Positions 25,941 to 39,017 of a DNA stretch of 49,345 nucleotides are shown here, piece by piece (within the stretch, counting starts at the first letter, position 1; the number at the start of each line of letters is the position of its first letter). The translations under genes were made by a program, and so were the position numbers. Below the pieces are notes generated by a model. That model did no database searches, had not been told where the DNA came from, and saw nothing but the letters and a program-made list of their open reading frames with translations. Location: NCBI GenBank assembly GCA_001938485.1, contig MQRK01243953.1:1-49345 (forward strand). The letters run 5' to 3'. Origin of the DNA: Girardia tigrina. Lineage: Eukaryota.

Positions 25941-27131
25941 TGGAGCGGAAAATTGGTTGACCGAACATTTGCCAGTTAAAGGAAAATATATAAATAAAAT
26001 AGATAATAAATTAAAATAAAATAACTAAATAAATCCTTTTAATTAAATAAATAAAGTAATTATATAAAAAACTAATTTAAATTAAATCAAGAAATTAAAT
26101 AACTTTAAAAAATTAAATAATTAATAAATAACAAAATAAATTAATGTTAAAGGCTCAATTAAATGAAGAAGAATCTTTATCTATCGAATTGCCGTTGTCT
26201 TTTTTTTATCTGATGTAATGCAAATTTTGTGGAATCATTCGAATTAAACAAATATTGATCATTTTGGAATGTAAAATGTAATTAAATTGTGAGCCTCTTT
26301 TTCTGCCAATGTTAAATTATGTATGTGTGTGGAATTATGCAATCACAATATAATCAAGTATGTATTTTATTTGTGTGATAGTTGCATGAATGTCTGAATG
26401 CAGTGTGTATTGTGTGTAAGGAATGTATGATATGTAAATAATTGATTGGATGAATGTGTATTTTTTTGTGTGTGTTAATTTGTAATTGTGAATTGTTATC
26501 ACAATTTAAATCAATTCTTTAAAAAGACAGTTAAAAACAATTTTTCAGTTTTTTTTAAAAAAAGAGCATTTGTCAATAAAATTTTGAAAAATAATTTTTG
26601 TCTTCATTTTCAATTCCACCGGCTTCAATGCAGAGCGATGAAAAGATTGTTAAAAGTTTGAATAATTATCGAAATCAAGTGAAAACATTGTTTAGAAAAA
26701 TGACTAATTTGTCTCACTCAGTTTGTTCCATTGAAAGTGATCAATATATGTTTTATTATTTGATGAATAGAGAAATCTGTCGTATCATCTTAACTAAAAA
26801 AGAATTTTCTAAAAAGGTGGCATTTGCATTTTTGATTGATATATTATAGGTGAATTTCATAATAAATATGGCAGTAAATTTGAAATTGCGTCGAGACCGT
26901 ATGCATTTATTGAGGTCAATAAAGATATTCAAAATTTACTAAAGAAATATATAGACACCTGAACACCAATTACTTTTAATCAAATTAATTCTAATTTGAA
27001 TTGTGTTCAAAGAATTATAATGAGAAACATTAACGGTATAATTCAACGAGGAGAATCTCTGAGTGCTTTAAATGATAAATTGACAAACAATTCTGCTCTT
27101 TGCAAAACATGGAGACACGGCTTCCTGTCCA
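25941..27131 (+). mobile_element. TG...CA cargo element, copy 1 (1191 bp), carrying SEC22
   Basis: Begins TGGAGCGG, ends CTGTCCA, perfect TSD GACTT (25936-25940, 27132-27136). Leader is similar to 38388-38975. Confidence 0.88.
26622..27110 (+). pseudogene. SEC22: Intron-free, 5'- and 3'-truncated SEC22 (longin R-SNARE) copy
   Basis: ASMQSDE...KTLFRKM...KKVAFAFL, frameshift near 26845, then SRPYAFIE...YIDT*...VQRIIMRNINGIIQRGESLSAL. TGA at 26960-26962; transmembrane anchor absent. Confidence 0.9.
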
Positions 27132-27639
27132 GACTTACTTATTATTAATTTATTTATATATTTACGAATCTAATTGTTTTTATTATTATTGAAACAATCA
27201 CCAAAAATAATGTATAAACACAGATAATATTGACCGATTACAAAGAACAATTAGAACGATAAAACCTTTAGATTAATATAGGTTTATCAATAATTTTTGT
27301 GAATTTTTTGATAAGATTATTGGTCAAGTTGGGTATTTCACATGGGAATCGCGTTCTCTTTTGATACATACAACAAGTCGATAATGTCTGCAAAATATAC
27401 AATAAATTAAATTGATGAATAATAATAATGATACAAACAATACTTATTATTCAACTGGGTTTTTAATGTTGTTCAACTGAATTAAGAAAGAAATTTATTT
27501 TAAATATTAAGATTTAAATTTTTAAGTAAAGTTAGTAAATTTGACTTTCAAAAGACTGATCTTTTTATTAGAAAGTTTATGAGATATCCAGTTTAAAAAT
27601 CATATTGCTCTGAAAACAGTAGTTAAATTTTGGTTGATA

Positions 27640-28936
27640 CGTGATGCGATTCATAAGTCCTTAGACTCGACAAGAAAGCAAAGTCAAATCAACTTTATTT
27701 TTTCAGAATCAGTACATGACATCAAAGTAAATCATTTCTCAATGTATGAGCCGTGTACATCAACACACTTGCGTCAGCGAGCAACAAGCTCAGATAACGC
27801 ATTTTTGTAAAAATTAGGAGGCAAAGAATTAAGAATATCAAGGACTTTCTCCTTGAGGAAATCAACTGAATGAAAGTAGACACCTTTCAAATGTTTCTTT
27901 AGGTGTTTAAACAACGCAAAATCACTTGGGGCTAAGTCAGGGCTATAGGGTGGGGTGGGAACCAACTGAAAGCCACAGTCATCCGCAGCAGTCAAAGTTG
28001 CTCGCAAAGTGTAAATGGGTGCACTGTCTTGAAGGAGCCACAATGGGATCCCTCTTGGCTTCCTATGAGACTTTCTCACATCGCGAAGTAATTCAACATA
28101 ATACTTACTATTCATTGTCAGTCTTTTCTCAAAGAAATCAATTTTAATAATGCCATGGGAATCCCAGAACACAGTCAGCATTGCTGCTCTCTTCTGCGAT
28201 GTGCCGCTTCGAAGTTTTCGGGGAGCACTTTCACAAGGGAAGTACCACTCAGAAGATTGACGCTTGCTCTCAGGCACATACAAGCTCACTGGGGTTTATC
28301 TTGTGTAAAGATGTTGTTGATGAAGCGATCACCATGAGTGCGAAGCAACTCCAAATTGGCAGTGCAACACTGCAAACGTTTGTCGCACATTTCACCGGAT
28401 AGGAATCGAGGAACAAAATGTGAACACAATTTGCGAACTCCAAATGATTGCAGAATATCATATGTAGAATGGTAGCTAATGTATAGACGCTGTGCAAGTT
28501 CACGGATACTTATTCGTCTCTCTTCAGACACGATCTTCATGCACAAATCAATTTTCCCGGGTAAAATTTCACATGGTCGTCCTGATCTCTCAGCATCAAA
28601 ACGGATTGTCGGCCATGTTTTAAGTCTCTGATCCAATTATACACTGTTGCACGTGATGGGCACTGGTCACCGTAAGCTTCCTGCAACTACTGCAAAATAT
28701 CGCAGCTTTTAGTATTGCGCAGGAGCAGAAATTTTATCACGCTGCGATATTCGACGCTACTGCCCATGTCTACAGTAAAAAGTGAAATAATGACTGTACG
28801 CACCACTCAAACACACAGGTTTGGTATGGTGAGTCATATCTGTAACCAATGATAGCTCATCTATTTTTAGTATCAACGGCAAATACGTCATAATCTTATT
28901 TATCAACGAGTCTAAGGACTTAAGGATCGCACCACG
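27640..28936 (-). mobile_element. Full-length mariner (DD34D) element, transposase inactivated
   Basis: 30-bp TIRs (27/30 identical), TA flanks, 1297 bp. Transposase 28767-27732 has FVPRFL, MLTVFWD, LQDSAP and YSPDLAPSD motifs with stops and frameshifts. Confidence 0.95.
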
Positions 28937-29779
28937 TATAAGATACAGTAAGATGTACTTCAGATTGACTTTGATAAGATGGCGTATTTCGCGGTTAGTT
29001 ATACACAATTATATTTGAAATGAAGAAGGAGGAAAAAGGCAAACAGAAAGCGAAAACCTGATTTTAAGTTACTGAAGGATTTTTATGGTTAATTATGGAT
29101 TATTAAACTAATTTCGAAAATTATTTTTTATTTATTATTGTCTCATTATTTGTAGGTAAGAGATTATTTAGAAATATTTACTTTATGTATGTTTCATGAT
29201 AACTATTGAAAGCAAATGTTTAATAAAAGAAGTTTTAATTTATATATTTAATGTTGTTGTAAAATGACATTTAACCAAGAATCACATGACAGTAAGTTTA
29301 TTTGAAATTAATGGAGTATAAAAAGTGAAGTTAACCAACCTAAAGAATACATTTGAAATGTTAATTAAAATTTTATTACTCTCGGGCAAGAGTTCTTCTA
29401 TTGTTTGCTTCAAAATCAAAAAATTGAAAGTATTGAAGTCATCCCAGATATCCACGAATTACAATGACAAAAATTAACATTGAAGTGCATGAAAAAGCCT
29501 CTAAATCATCCAGATTACATCTTAATTTTTGAAGACTTGAGTACAGATAGTGACTAGAGAGAAATTGCTTCTCAATTATCATCTCTTGTGGTCAGCAGAT
29601 GGATGAGCAAGCGAAAAACTGACTCGTTTTCTTCAATTTCTGATAACATTGTATCGATGAAACTTTCAAATGAGTAAAAATTGTTAATAGAGGAAAATTT
29701 TAAACTTTTAAAAAAGTACTTTTTATAATTATGGATACCACAGAATAATACAAAAGATGATTTTTTTTATGAAATGCTA

Positions 29780-30765
29780 ATTTGAATTTACAGGTTTTCC
29801 CACGTTATTGTGAAATTTTTGCTAACTAAACAATAAGCTAATGGGAACTCACCCTCTTAAATTGCAGGAATTTTAGGAAGTAAAACGCTAGCTGTTTATG
29901 CAGTTATAAACAAATATAAGAATGGCGAGAATATCAAGAGAAAAGCGAGAGGTGCATTACGGAGAAAAGCACTTTCTGACAAACAACAAATTATTTTGCT
30001 TCAATGGGTTCACAAGGATTGTACTTTAACGCTCAAAGCGTTAAAAGAAAAATATCTTGAAGTGTTTAATGCTGTTGTTGTAAAATCAACAGTTGATCGA
30101 TATCTTAAAAATTTCGCATACAGTTTCAAACGAATTTATGCGATCCCGGAGCTTAGAAATGATGTTGATGTAAGTAATGAACGGGTGGTCTTCTCCGAGA
30201 AGTGTATGAATATATTGGCGGCAACTGATGATTCAAAAATTTTTTTAGTGTTTCTATGAGATCAAAATATGGAAGATCTACCGTGGAAACAAAGCCGGTT
30301 TACACAGTCCAATCTCTGAGAGCCAGTAATTTTTCTGTTTGTTCAACAATGAGCAAAATAGCGTTTTTGATTTAAAGGTTTCCACATCGCCATATAATTT
30401 GCAAAAATTTTTTAGAGTTTTAGAATCGTTATTAGGAATGCTTGAGACAAGGGGCATTTTTTCTGCGGTACTGATAATGGATATTATTCATTCCACATGT
30501 AACGACCAATGAAAGAACCTACACAAAATAAAAGTCATAGATTGATCTTCCTGCCCTATATTCACCATTCCTAAATCCTATCGAAAATCTGTTTGCAAAA
30601 TGGAAACAGTTATTCAGATCAGGAAGTCCACGAAGTGAGGATGAGCTTCTTGTCTTGATTGAAAGTACAGCCAGGAATATAACACGTTAAGGCTGCAACA
30701 ATTTTTATCTACATATGTTCAGTTATATAATAAGATCGGAACGTAGCGAAATAATATTGGATTAA
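29780..30765 (+). mobile_element. Tc1/IS630-like (DD34E) transposase pseudogene
   Basis: TLTLKALKEK...STVDRYLKNFAYSFKR and YSPFLNPIENLFAKWK motifs with several disruptions; TIRs not resolved. Confidence 0.85.
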
Positions 30766-32935
30766 TCATTATTATTTTTTGGATGTCTTAATATATTTAA
30801 ATACATTAAAAAGTTTTAATTTTAATAGTGTTTTTTTTAATTATAAAAAAAATACAACAGAATGTGTAATGCCTCTTAGTTAATTTTTTAAAACCTTTTT
30901 TGCAAAATTGATTTGGAAATTTTCAAAATAACGTGGTAAGAAATCTTTCATTTTCTACTTAAAATTTCCATTCTTGAAATAAATGTGATAAGCTGATCGA
31001 ACAACTGATTATATTATAAAAATGAACAAAAGTATTGAAAATCTTTCGAAGAAAATGCCGTCTGATCGCTCAAATTTTAATATTTAATCGTTTAGTATTT
31101 GAAGTTAAATTAAAAAATGTTAAATTATTAACTTGATTCAAAGATTTCAAAATTAAGAAGTGAAGACAACTTTTTCGAATAATTATGATTAAAAATTATA
31201 AATATAATTTTGTCAACAAGAATACAGAAAGGTTAACAATCTTCCGAGAGCATTCATCAAGACAACTCTCATTGCTGTAATAATAAATGTTGTAAAAATA
31301 ATTTTGTAAGTGTTCTTACCAATAATATTAACGAAATTTTTATTTTTCCACAAATTACGCAGCAAAACTCTACATTGACTTAATAAATAAACATAAAAAC
31401 CACAGAATTATGAGAATTGTTAGCCTTAATTTGTACGAGTGTTTTTATAAACATCTTTGGAATGTGATTATCTCTAAATAATAGATTGATTATAAACTAA
31501 TAAAATTAAATTTTCAATCATCACAGGTTCTCATTTTCGAATGATAATAAAATAGAACCCATGTACAGATTTCTAAGAGCCTCATTTTCTAATCACGATC
31601 TTTAAACTTGCTTTAAAAATTTTTCAAATTTCATCGACTCTTAAATCTTAGCACATTTCCTCTTTAGAATTTCGGACAATTATCGCTGCACTATTGCAGA
31701 AATTAAAGCCGACTTCCTTCTGAAGGTGGGATAATTTTGTAGTTACTAAATGTTAGCCCTTTATTTTTAAATTTTTATTCCGGTAAGACTTTCTGTTGTA
31801 TTTGCGACATTATTTTAATGGTTTATTTAACCCTTTCTGATCGGATGTATTATATTTTGATAAATGTAGTAAAATTCTAATAAACATACACATATTAAAT
31901 TTCATCAAAATAAAAGTTATAATATGTTACTAATTATCATTTTACTAATATTATAATAGATTATTGTAAAAAGTCGTTGAATATAATCTGTTATGGATCT
32001 GTAACAAAGGAGTATAGAGATTAAAATTACTTAATTCATGAAACCAACTTAAAAGTGAATTGATCTGCTTAATTTATCAAAAATTCCGTTTGGAATTTCA
32101 AGCGAAAATAAGATTATGTTTTTAAAAACTGATTTATTTAAGCTATGATATAGTTGTCGTTTTATCCCAGGATCTTCCACCAATAGATACTTAATTCTTA
32201 AATCAAAGAATATTTGTAGCTCATTTTCTCATACGAAAGAAGTATATATGTATGTATATTTTTTCACCTTAATTTCTACAAAGACGCTTTCAATACCCCA
32301 TAAACTGTCTATTTTTAGATCTCGTTATCTAATAATAATATATAATGACTCAAATTCGATGAAGGTTGTTCGGGGCCAAATGTCTACTTTTTGCAGCTTC
32401 ACTCACAGAAACTTACATATAATGATGGATTTTAGTTACTAATATAGGTCTAAGGTCACTCAATGCCACCCAAAAACAAATGCTTGAAATATGAATTAAA
32501 GCTTGAGCGATCGAAAGTTTCATGATAAAGTTGCTTTTGAGTTTCAAAGTCAGGATATTGCATAAAGATCATTTAATATTTATGGTAGATGTCTCAAAAT
32601 CAATTTTTTTCAGGTTGTTGAATAATCAAAAAAATATTTTCTAAAAACATTTTCACGGTGAAATATTGATCCCTTGCCAAACACTGAACTTTTAATGATA
32701 TTTAGATTGAGAAAATAAAATATATTACAGTAATTACTAATTATTATAATTAAAATCATGATATAATATGTATGTTCTTTTCTAATGACTACATATATGA
32801 AATTTTAAATATTTACTACCAATTATTACATATTATGTAATAATTAGTTATAAATGTTGGAAAATCACTATTAATTAAAAAATAATTATAACTACTTGTA
32901 CAACCATACTTAACGTCATAAAATATTTTATGATT

Positions 32936-33261
32936 TGACTGAGTCAAATATGAAAAGGGACTTGTTTCGAGCATTTAATCTTAAAACGTTTAAGCCAATC
33001 GACGTAAGACTCTTAGAAACTCTTAAAAACATTTTAGTGACTCAACTTTTAAAATATTAAGGGTGACTCGACTCGAGTTAAAAAAATAATGACTCGTGAA
33101 ATGTAAAATATGATAACTGACTTGACTGGACCAGTAAAAATATGTAGTGACTCGACTCGACTTGCAACTCGTAAAAAATTTTAGCGACTCACTTGAGACT
33201 CGACTCGCAAAATATTTAGGGTGACTCGAGTCGAGAAAATAGTGACTCGACGAAAACACTG
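32936..33261 (-). repeat. MITE-like end with repeated GTGACTCGACTCGA motifs
   Basis: Many GACTCGA/TGACTC units ending at AAAACACTG (CAGTGTTTT on the minus strand, hAT-like terminus). Confidence 0.55.
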
Positions 33262-34181
33262 GTTCACAGTATAAAATGTTATTCGCAGTAAAAAACATAA
33301 TCTATGAAAGAGGAAATACTTTACTTACTGTCGTGAGTATTGATCAATATTTTTTCTTTACTTAAGATAACCTCTTTAATGAACATTTAGAGGTTATCTA
33401 AAAATCTGCATAGATTTATTATAAACCTATTTTATGTTTCATTTGTAAAAGCAAGAGAGTAAAAAGACAAATGATTTCCAAATTAGGATCATGATATGTA
33501 ATGAGTTATGAATAAGAAACTTCTTGAACCATTGATTTACAAAGATTATAATTAGTATAATCTCCTACTTGGAAAATATTGTAAGGAATATTGACTTGAA
33601 ATTAATTGTTGTCATTTTTTGCTATTCGGAGATTTCAAATTCAAAACTAATTAGAAATTCAATTAAATCTTTATTTATTTTCAAAATTTATTTATTATGA
33701 CATTGAAAGTGATTTATTTAAACACAAAATAAATTTTTCCTTTTTCAACATTCAATCTTTTACTATACACAATAAAATGTCTTTTTTACAACCAAATTAA
33801 TTAATTTTTTCAAATGTTTTTTTTGAATAATTCCTATTTCTAATCAATTCGGTTCATTGATTTGACTCGAACAAGGGAAATTCTAGATTTTATTACAAGA
33901 TTTATTGTAGAGAAAAGAAGTAAAAATATAAAAAATAGAATATATCGTCTATAAAAAACGAAAGAAACTACAAAAAAGTTATAAATTGTATGATGGGACT
34001 TTATTTCAATACAAACATGAATTTGTAACTAAACTAAAGTTAATCTTTGTAGCTAATCCCATTATGAAAGGGGTAAAAAATAGTGTACCCGTTTTCTTGT
34101 AGATTTCTATTAGACTAATTCGTATTGTAATGTTACAAATTTGTAGTTTGAAATTTCTTTTGTACGTGACTTATTTTTCAG

Positions 34182-34355
34182 TTAAAAAAATTGCACAAAC
34201 TGACTCCAGACTATGGGATAGGTGACAATGGGGATAAACATTCCAATTCTCCGAACAACAGTGATAATCCCGACGACCACTCCGTGAGCAGTGAATCGTC
34301 AACGAAAAACTCAGTTAGTGATTTGGACGATTTCCTCGAGTCGGGAGAGTCATAA
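34182..34355 (+). CDS. PTEN: Probable PTEN terminal exon (Ser/Asp-rich tail, stop TAA)
   Basis: tttttcAG acceptor, phase 0 compatible with exon E. LKKLHKLTPDYG...SVSSESSTKNSVSDLDDFLESGES* forms a coding-like island followed by AT-rich sequence; linkage to PTEN is inferred. Confidence 0.6.
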   Translation, partial: LKKLHKLTPDYGIGDNGDKHSNSPNNSDNPDDHSVSSESSTKNSVSDLDDFLESGES

Positions 34356-34949
34356 GATTATTAAAGAAGAGAATGTTGATATTGTTAAAGAAACCAAATA
34401 TTAGTAATATTCACTAAGATAATAATAATAATGGATAATGATAATAATCTTTGTTTTTTATACTGATTTTGTTTAGAAATGTGCTATTTAAATGTATAGA
34501 AAGTTTTTTGATCGTTGAGATGTATTGGATTTATTTTTATACATGTATAATGGAATAATTTCTGCCCTGGTGTATTTTTAATTATTAATTAATCATTTTT
34601 AATTTAAATACAATTCCTACTTAAGTCGTTCGTTTTTAGTGAATTTTAATTGTAATTATTATACAAACAATAATTTATTTTTTAGTTAGATGAAGGATAG
34701 CTTTAAGTCATATCTTTTTTAGAACATTTCCGTAACCTACTTGAAATATATTTGTAATTCCGAAGAGGATCGAAAACCGTAGGTTAGAAAACGCTGATAA
34801 TTTTTAAATTCCAAACAAACTTGATAAGCATAAGATGTTTTGTCCAGTAATCGAATCATTGTGCAGCGTCTTGAAACTTTTGTGTCACTTGAAAAATAAT
34901 TTGAATTACGAACACAATATCAAGAATAGTTTCCGGAAATTTCGGAACA

Positions 34950-35300
34950 CAGGCTTTAAGTTCTTCTGATTTGATCTCATGCCATGCTCTCAGTAGAGAT
35001 GACTTAAGGGAATTGATATTAGCATGTACAATAGCACTGGCCTTCTAATCCAAAATGGACCAAATGCTGAAGCCCAAATCTTTGGATCTGGACTATATGG
35101 TAATGATAGATTTTTTATCCAGAAGTCAATTTTCAGATATCGCACACTGTTGTGAATTTTGATCTGTGTACTGGGGGCCACATCTGATTGCAAAGTCCAT
35201 GGTCAACGGTTGAGGTTTGAATTGGCCCATTTCAATATGAAAACTTTGATGATGTCATAAACATGCACTACGCCTTTGAATTTGATTTCATTTTCAGTAA
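34950..35300 (-). mobile_element. Tc1/mariner (maT/DD37D-like) transposase fragment
   Basis: WTLQSDVAP...DFWIK...PYSPD, then after a frameshift FSIWSILD...HANINSLKSSLLRAW. Confidence 0.65.
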
Positions 35301-36369
35301 AGATCAAAAGAATATTATAAGAATATAAAGAGAAGTATTGCATAATCCAGACACAAAGACGGATTAGGAAAGCGATACAGAAGAGTTACCAGTATGAAGA
35401 AAGTTAAAGATTGTATAGAAAGTGGATATAGTTGTTAAGATTTTGGTGAGCTCCTAAATTTTTGAATTTTAAAAACGTAACACTTAAAATGTTTTAAAGA
35501 TATTTCATTGAAAATTTTATATATATTTTTGATATATGTCATCAAACTAAATTTTCAAAAATTGTTGTCAAAAAACATTTTAAAATAAATCTACTAAATA
35601 AATTTTAAATTTATCTACTAAAGTTTTACCTATAAAAATTTAGGATTAACATAAATTAAGTTTCAAACTATATTGTACTTTAATTTTATTTGAATATAAA
35701 ATTTAGGAATTATAAATTAAAATCATGTAATTTAATTGAATATTGAATATTAGATATTATTTAATGATGCAACAGAATCAAATATCACAATTTAATATTT
35801 AAAATTAGGAATAACGTTACAAAACTAAAATCGTATATATAAAATTTATTATTTAATTATGAGTAACAATTTTTAATAGTAAACAATTTTTATGAGTGTG
35901 ATGGTTCGAAGCTCGACTGAAGCGCCGAACTTGGACTCCAAGCACCAGGAAACCGTTCGGCAAAAATCAGCCTGGTGTCAAACACTCGAAATCGTATCGC
36001 GGTCGACAAATCCGTTGTTTCGGCGAATACCAATTGATCGAAAACGACGCCGGACCGACAACGACGCGCCACCAAAAACGAACTGAAAACCACTGCGAAT
36101 GCAACGGCCGCAAAGGAAACGAAAAATACGATCTTCTGACAATTAAATTCAATCATGGTCAATAGCATCAAAAAAACGAAATTTCGCCAAAATTTTTTAT
36201 TGAGTTGATTAAAACAAAATTCCAACAAAAACAATTAACATTTCTTTCTACATAAATTAATTAATTTTTACTTATAAAATCATTTTTTTCTTTTATTCAT
36301 TAAAAAATAAAACTGTTTTCTTTACAAATAATTAACTTTTTACAAAAACTCTGTACAATATTTTTACGA

Positions 36370-38030
36370 TAGGCATAATTGTTGTGGTACACAATAATGA
36401 GTAAAATATTTAAGACCAGACATGATTTGTAGTATTCCATTAATTAGAGAATTTGGGAGAGAGCTACAGTGGAAAGAACATAACCCAGAGGAAACAAGTG
36501 AAACTAACATATGCGAAATCAAAGCAAAATTTTGGAGAGAAATTACAGACGAAGGTTGAGTTAAAGAAGTATTGAAAACAATAAAACACACAAATCGAAA
36601 AATCTTTATAGAAAATAATTAACTAATATCGAAGTATATTTATGACAAAACGACTAGGATATCAGGTGCACAAACTTGTTATGACATAGAATAGAAACGA
36701 TAGGAAACCCATAAATATAAAACGTAGAAGGCAGACGATACACTTAGAGAACGAAATAGAAGAAGCAATTAAAAATCTAGATGCAACTCACATTCTAATG
36801 CATCAATACCATGCATTTGGAAAAAAGACAAGGACGAAATCAGACTGGATTTCAGGCATTTAAATCTAATTACACAGAAACAGGCACTCACCATACCAAA
36901 CATCACAGAGATGATAGATAAGTTACATGGAGCAAAAAATTTCAGCACAATAGACTTAGGGAACGTGTACTACCAAGCAGAATTTGGTAAGTAATTACAG
37001 GAAGAAACGGCGTTCTCCACTGAATCGGCACAATTCTTTTTTAAACTTCTGCCTTTCGGCAAAGCTGCAGCTCCGGCAATATTCCAGGAACTAATGACTA
37101 TAGTATTTAATCCGATCAAGAAGGGAGCATCAGTTTATTTATATGACATATTAATAGCAACAAGTACAAAGGAAGAACATTTTAACGTAATTAGTATTTG
37201 GAAGAATAAAGCAAACAGGACTAAGAAAAGACTATCAAAATGTAAGATGTTTCGACAAGAAGTAAAACTCTTAGTACATAATTTAAATGACAAAGAGATA
37301 CAGTCGTATTTAGAGAAATCGCAGCTCTAGAAAAATTTCAAAGGCCCATATGTATTAAGAATTTAAGAAGCTTCTTGCAAATTTTTAATTACTACAAGAG
37401 ACTTATAAGCAAATACGCGAGGAAAGTTAAACTATTGGAAGGAATGTGTGACTCGAATAACAAGAAACTGATTTGGACAGATGCATATAAAATAGCGTTC
37501 CAGGAATCCTGGACCAGGATATGAAAAAAAGCGTTGATAACAACACCAATTCTAAGCTTTCCAGATTTCAAGAAACAGTTAATTCTAGATAAGGACACCA
37601 GCTTTGACAACATAGGGGCAGTACCATCACAAATAGGTGAATCATGTAAGAAGCAGGTCATAGCATTCGGATCACACGCAATGTAAGCTCGCGAAAGAGA
37701 TTATAACATAACAAGAAAGGAACTATTAGCTATTTTTTTTACTTTTTTCAGCACTTCAGCCACTATTGATACGCTTAAAAATTCAAATGTGGAACAGACC
37801 GCAAAGCAATATTATGTATATTCCACACAAAAAAAGGACTAACAGCTCAATTTCAGACATGGATGAACTATCAGAGTAGTCTGGATATCGAAATAGAATG
37901 TAGGAAAGGAGAACTACACAACAACACAAGACAAAATTGCGACATATGCACCAAGTGTCAAATAGAATATGAAGAAGCTAAGAAGAGTAAGAATAAGATT
38001 AGATTGTTAGCAGTAACTAACTAACGATAT
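36370..38030 (+). mobile_element. Degenerate Ty3/Gypsy pol (RT and RNase H)
   Basis: DFRHLN...FSTIDLGNVYYQ...TAFST...LPFG...PAIFQELM...VYLYDILI and ILDKDTS...IGAV...IAFGSH...TRKELLAI; many stops. Confidence 0.9.
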
Positions 38031-39017
38031 AACTACTAACAAGCCACAGCAGGTCTGAAAGAATGGATACCCAAAGAAAAACGGAAGGTCATGACCCTGG
38101 TCATGATCAGTATCTTTGCAGGTGTATATGCGAAAATTCCATACGTTTCCTGATACACTCGAGCATAAAACAAAACATAATTAAAAATATAATATTTATT
38201 TAAATATAATATATATAAATACAATATTTACTTCAAGACTCCGGTTATACTTTCGTTTCTCTACTATCTGTATTTAAATCCTATCTGTGTATTATCAATA
38301 CCCGCAATTACTGCATTACACTGGACCAATGTATGTCTAGAATTTTTACCGATAAATCGAACCATTCTAACTTAAATTTTTACTATGTGGAGCGGAGAAT
38401 TGCTGATTTGACCGAACATTTTTGCCAGTTTCAGAAATTAAAATAATTAAATAAATCATATTTTAATTAATCAATTAAATAAAAGAAAATAAAGTAATTA
38501 AAATGATTAACTGAAATAAATAAATTAAATTAAATAAAAAAAATAATAAATAAATAAATAAAATAAATAATTCAAATAACTCGAATGAGTGAAAATAATT
38601 TTACCGAGCAAGAAGAGGCAACATGATATAAGTTAAAAACACATTATCAATCGATAATGTGAATATAATAATTAATCAGATGGTGAGCCTCATTTTTTTA
38701 TTTCTAATTTCAGTGTAATAAGTAGATTGTGTAATTGTTGAATCTCTGACAACGGGTATGTATTTAGTGTGTGATGAATATGAATGTGCATTTTTTGAAT
38801 ATGATTGGTTTGTGCGTGTGTGTTAAAGTGTGTGTGTAAAAGTGTTTGAATATCTGTCACAATTAACAATTTTCAATTGCAATCACAATTTCAAGTTTTT
38901 AAAAAAAAATAAAAGTTTCATTGTCAAGTTTAATTTTCAATCAAAAAAATATAACTTTTTTTTAAAAAAATAATTTGTTTAATCGAACGAACGCGAGGAA
39001 GTAGATTGATAAACGAA

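Noticed and set aside
26280-26310. GTGAGCCTC plus T-run as a spliced-leader RNA gene
   Set aside because: The upstream sequence is not conserved between the two copies and there is no clear Sm site.
29330-29680. Coding-like stretch with stops
   Set aside because: No recognisable family, splice context or boundaries.
33030-33260. GACTCGA repeats as a CRISPR-like array
   Set aside because: Short irregular units, spacers resemble each other, eukaryotic context; best explained as transposon subterminal repeats.
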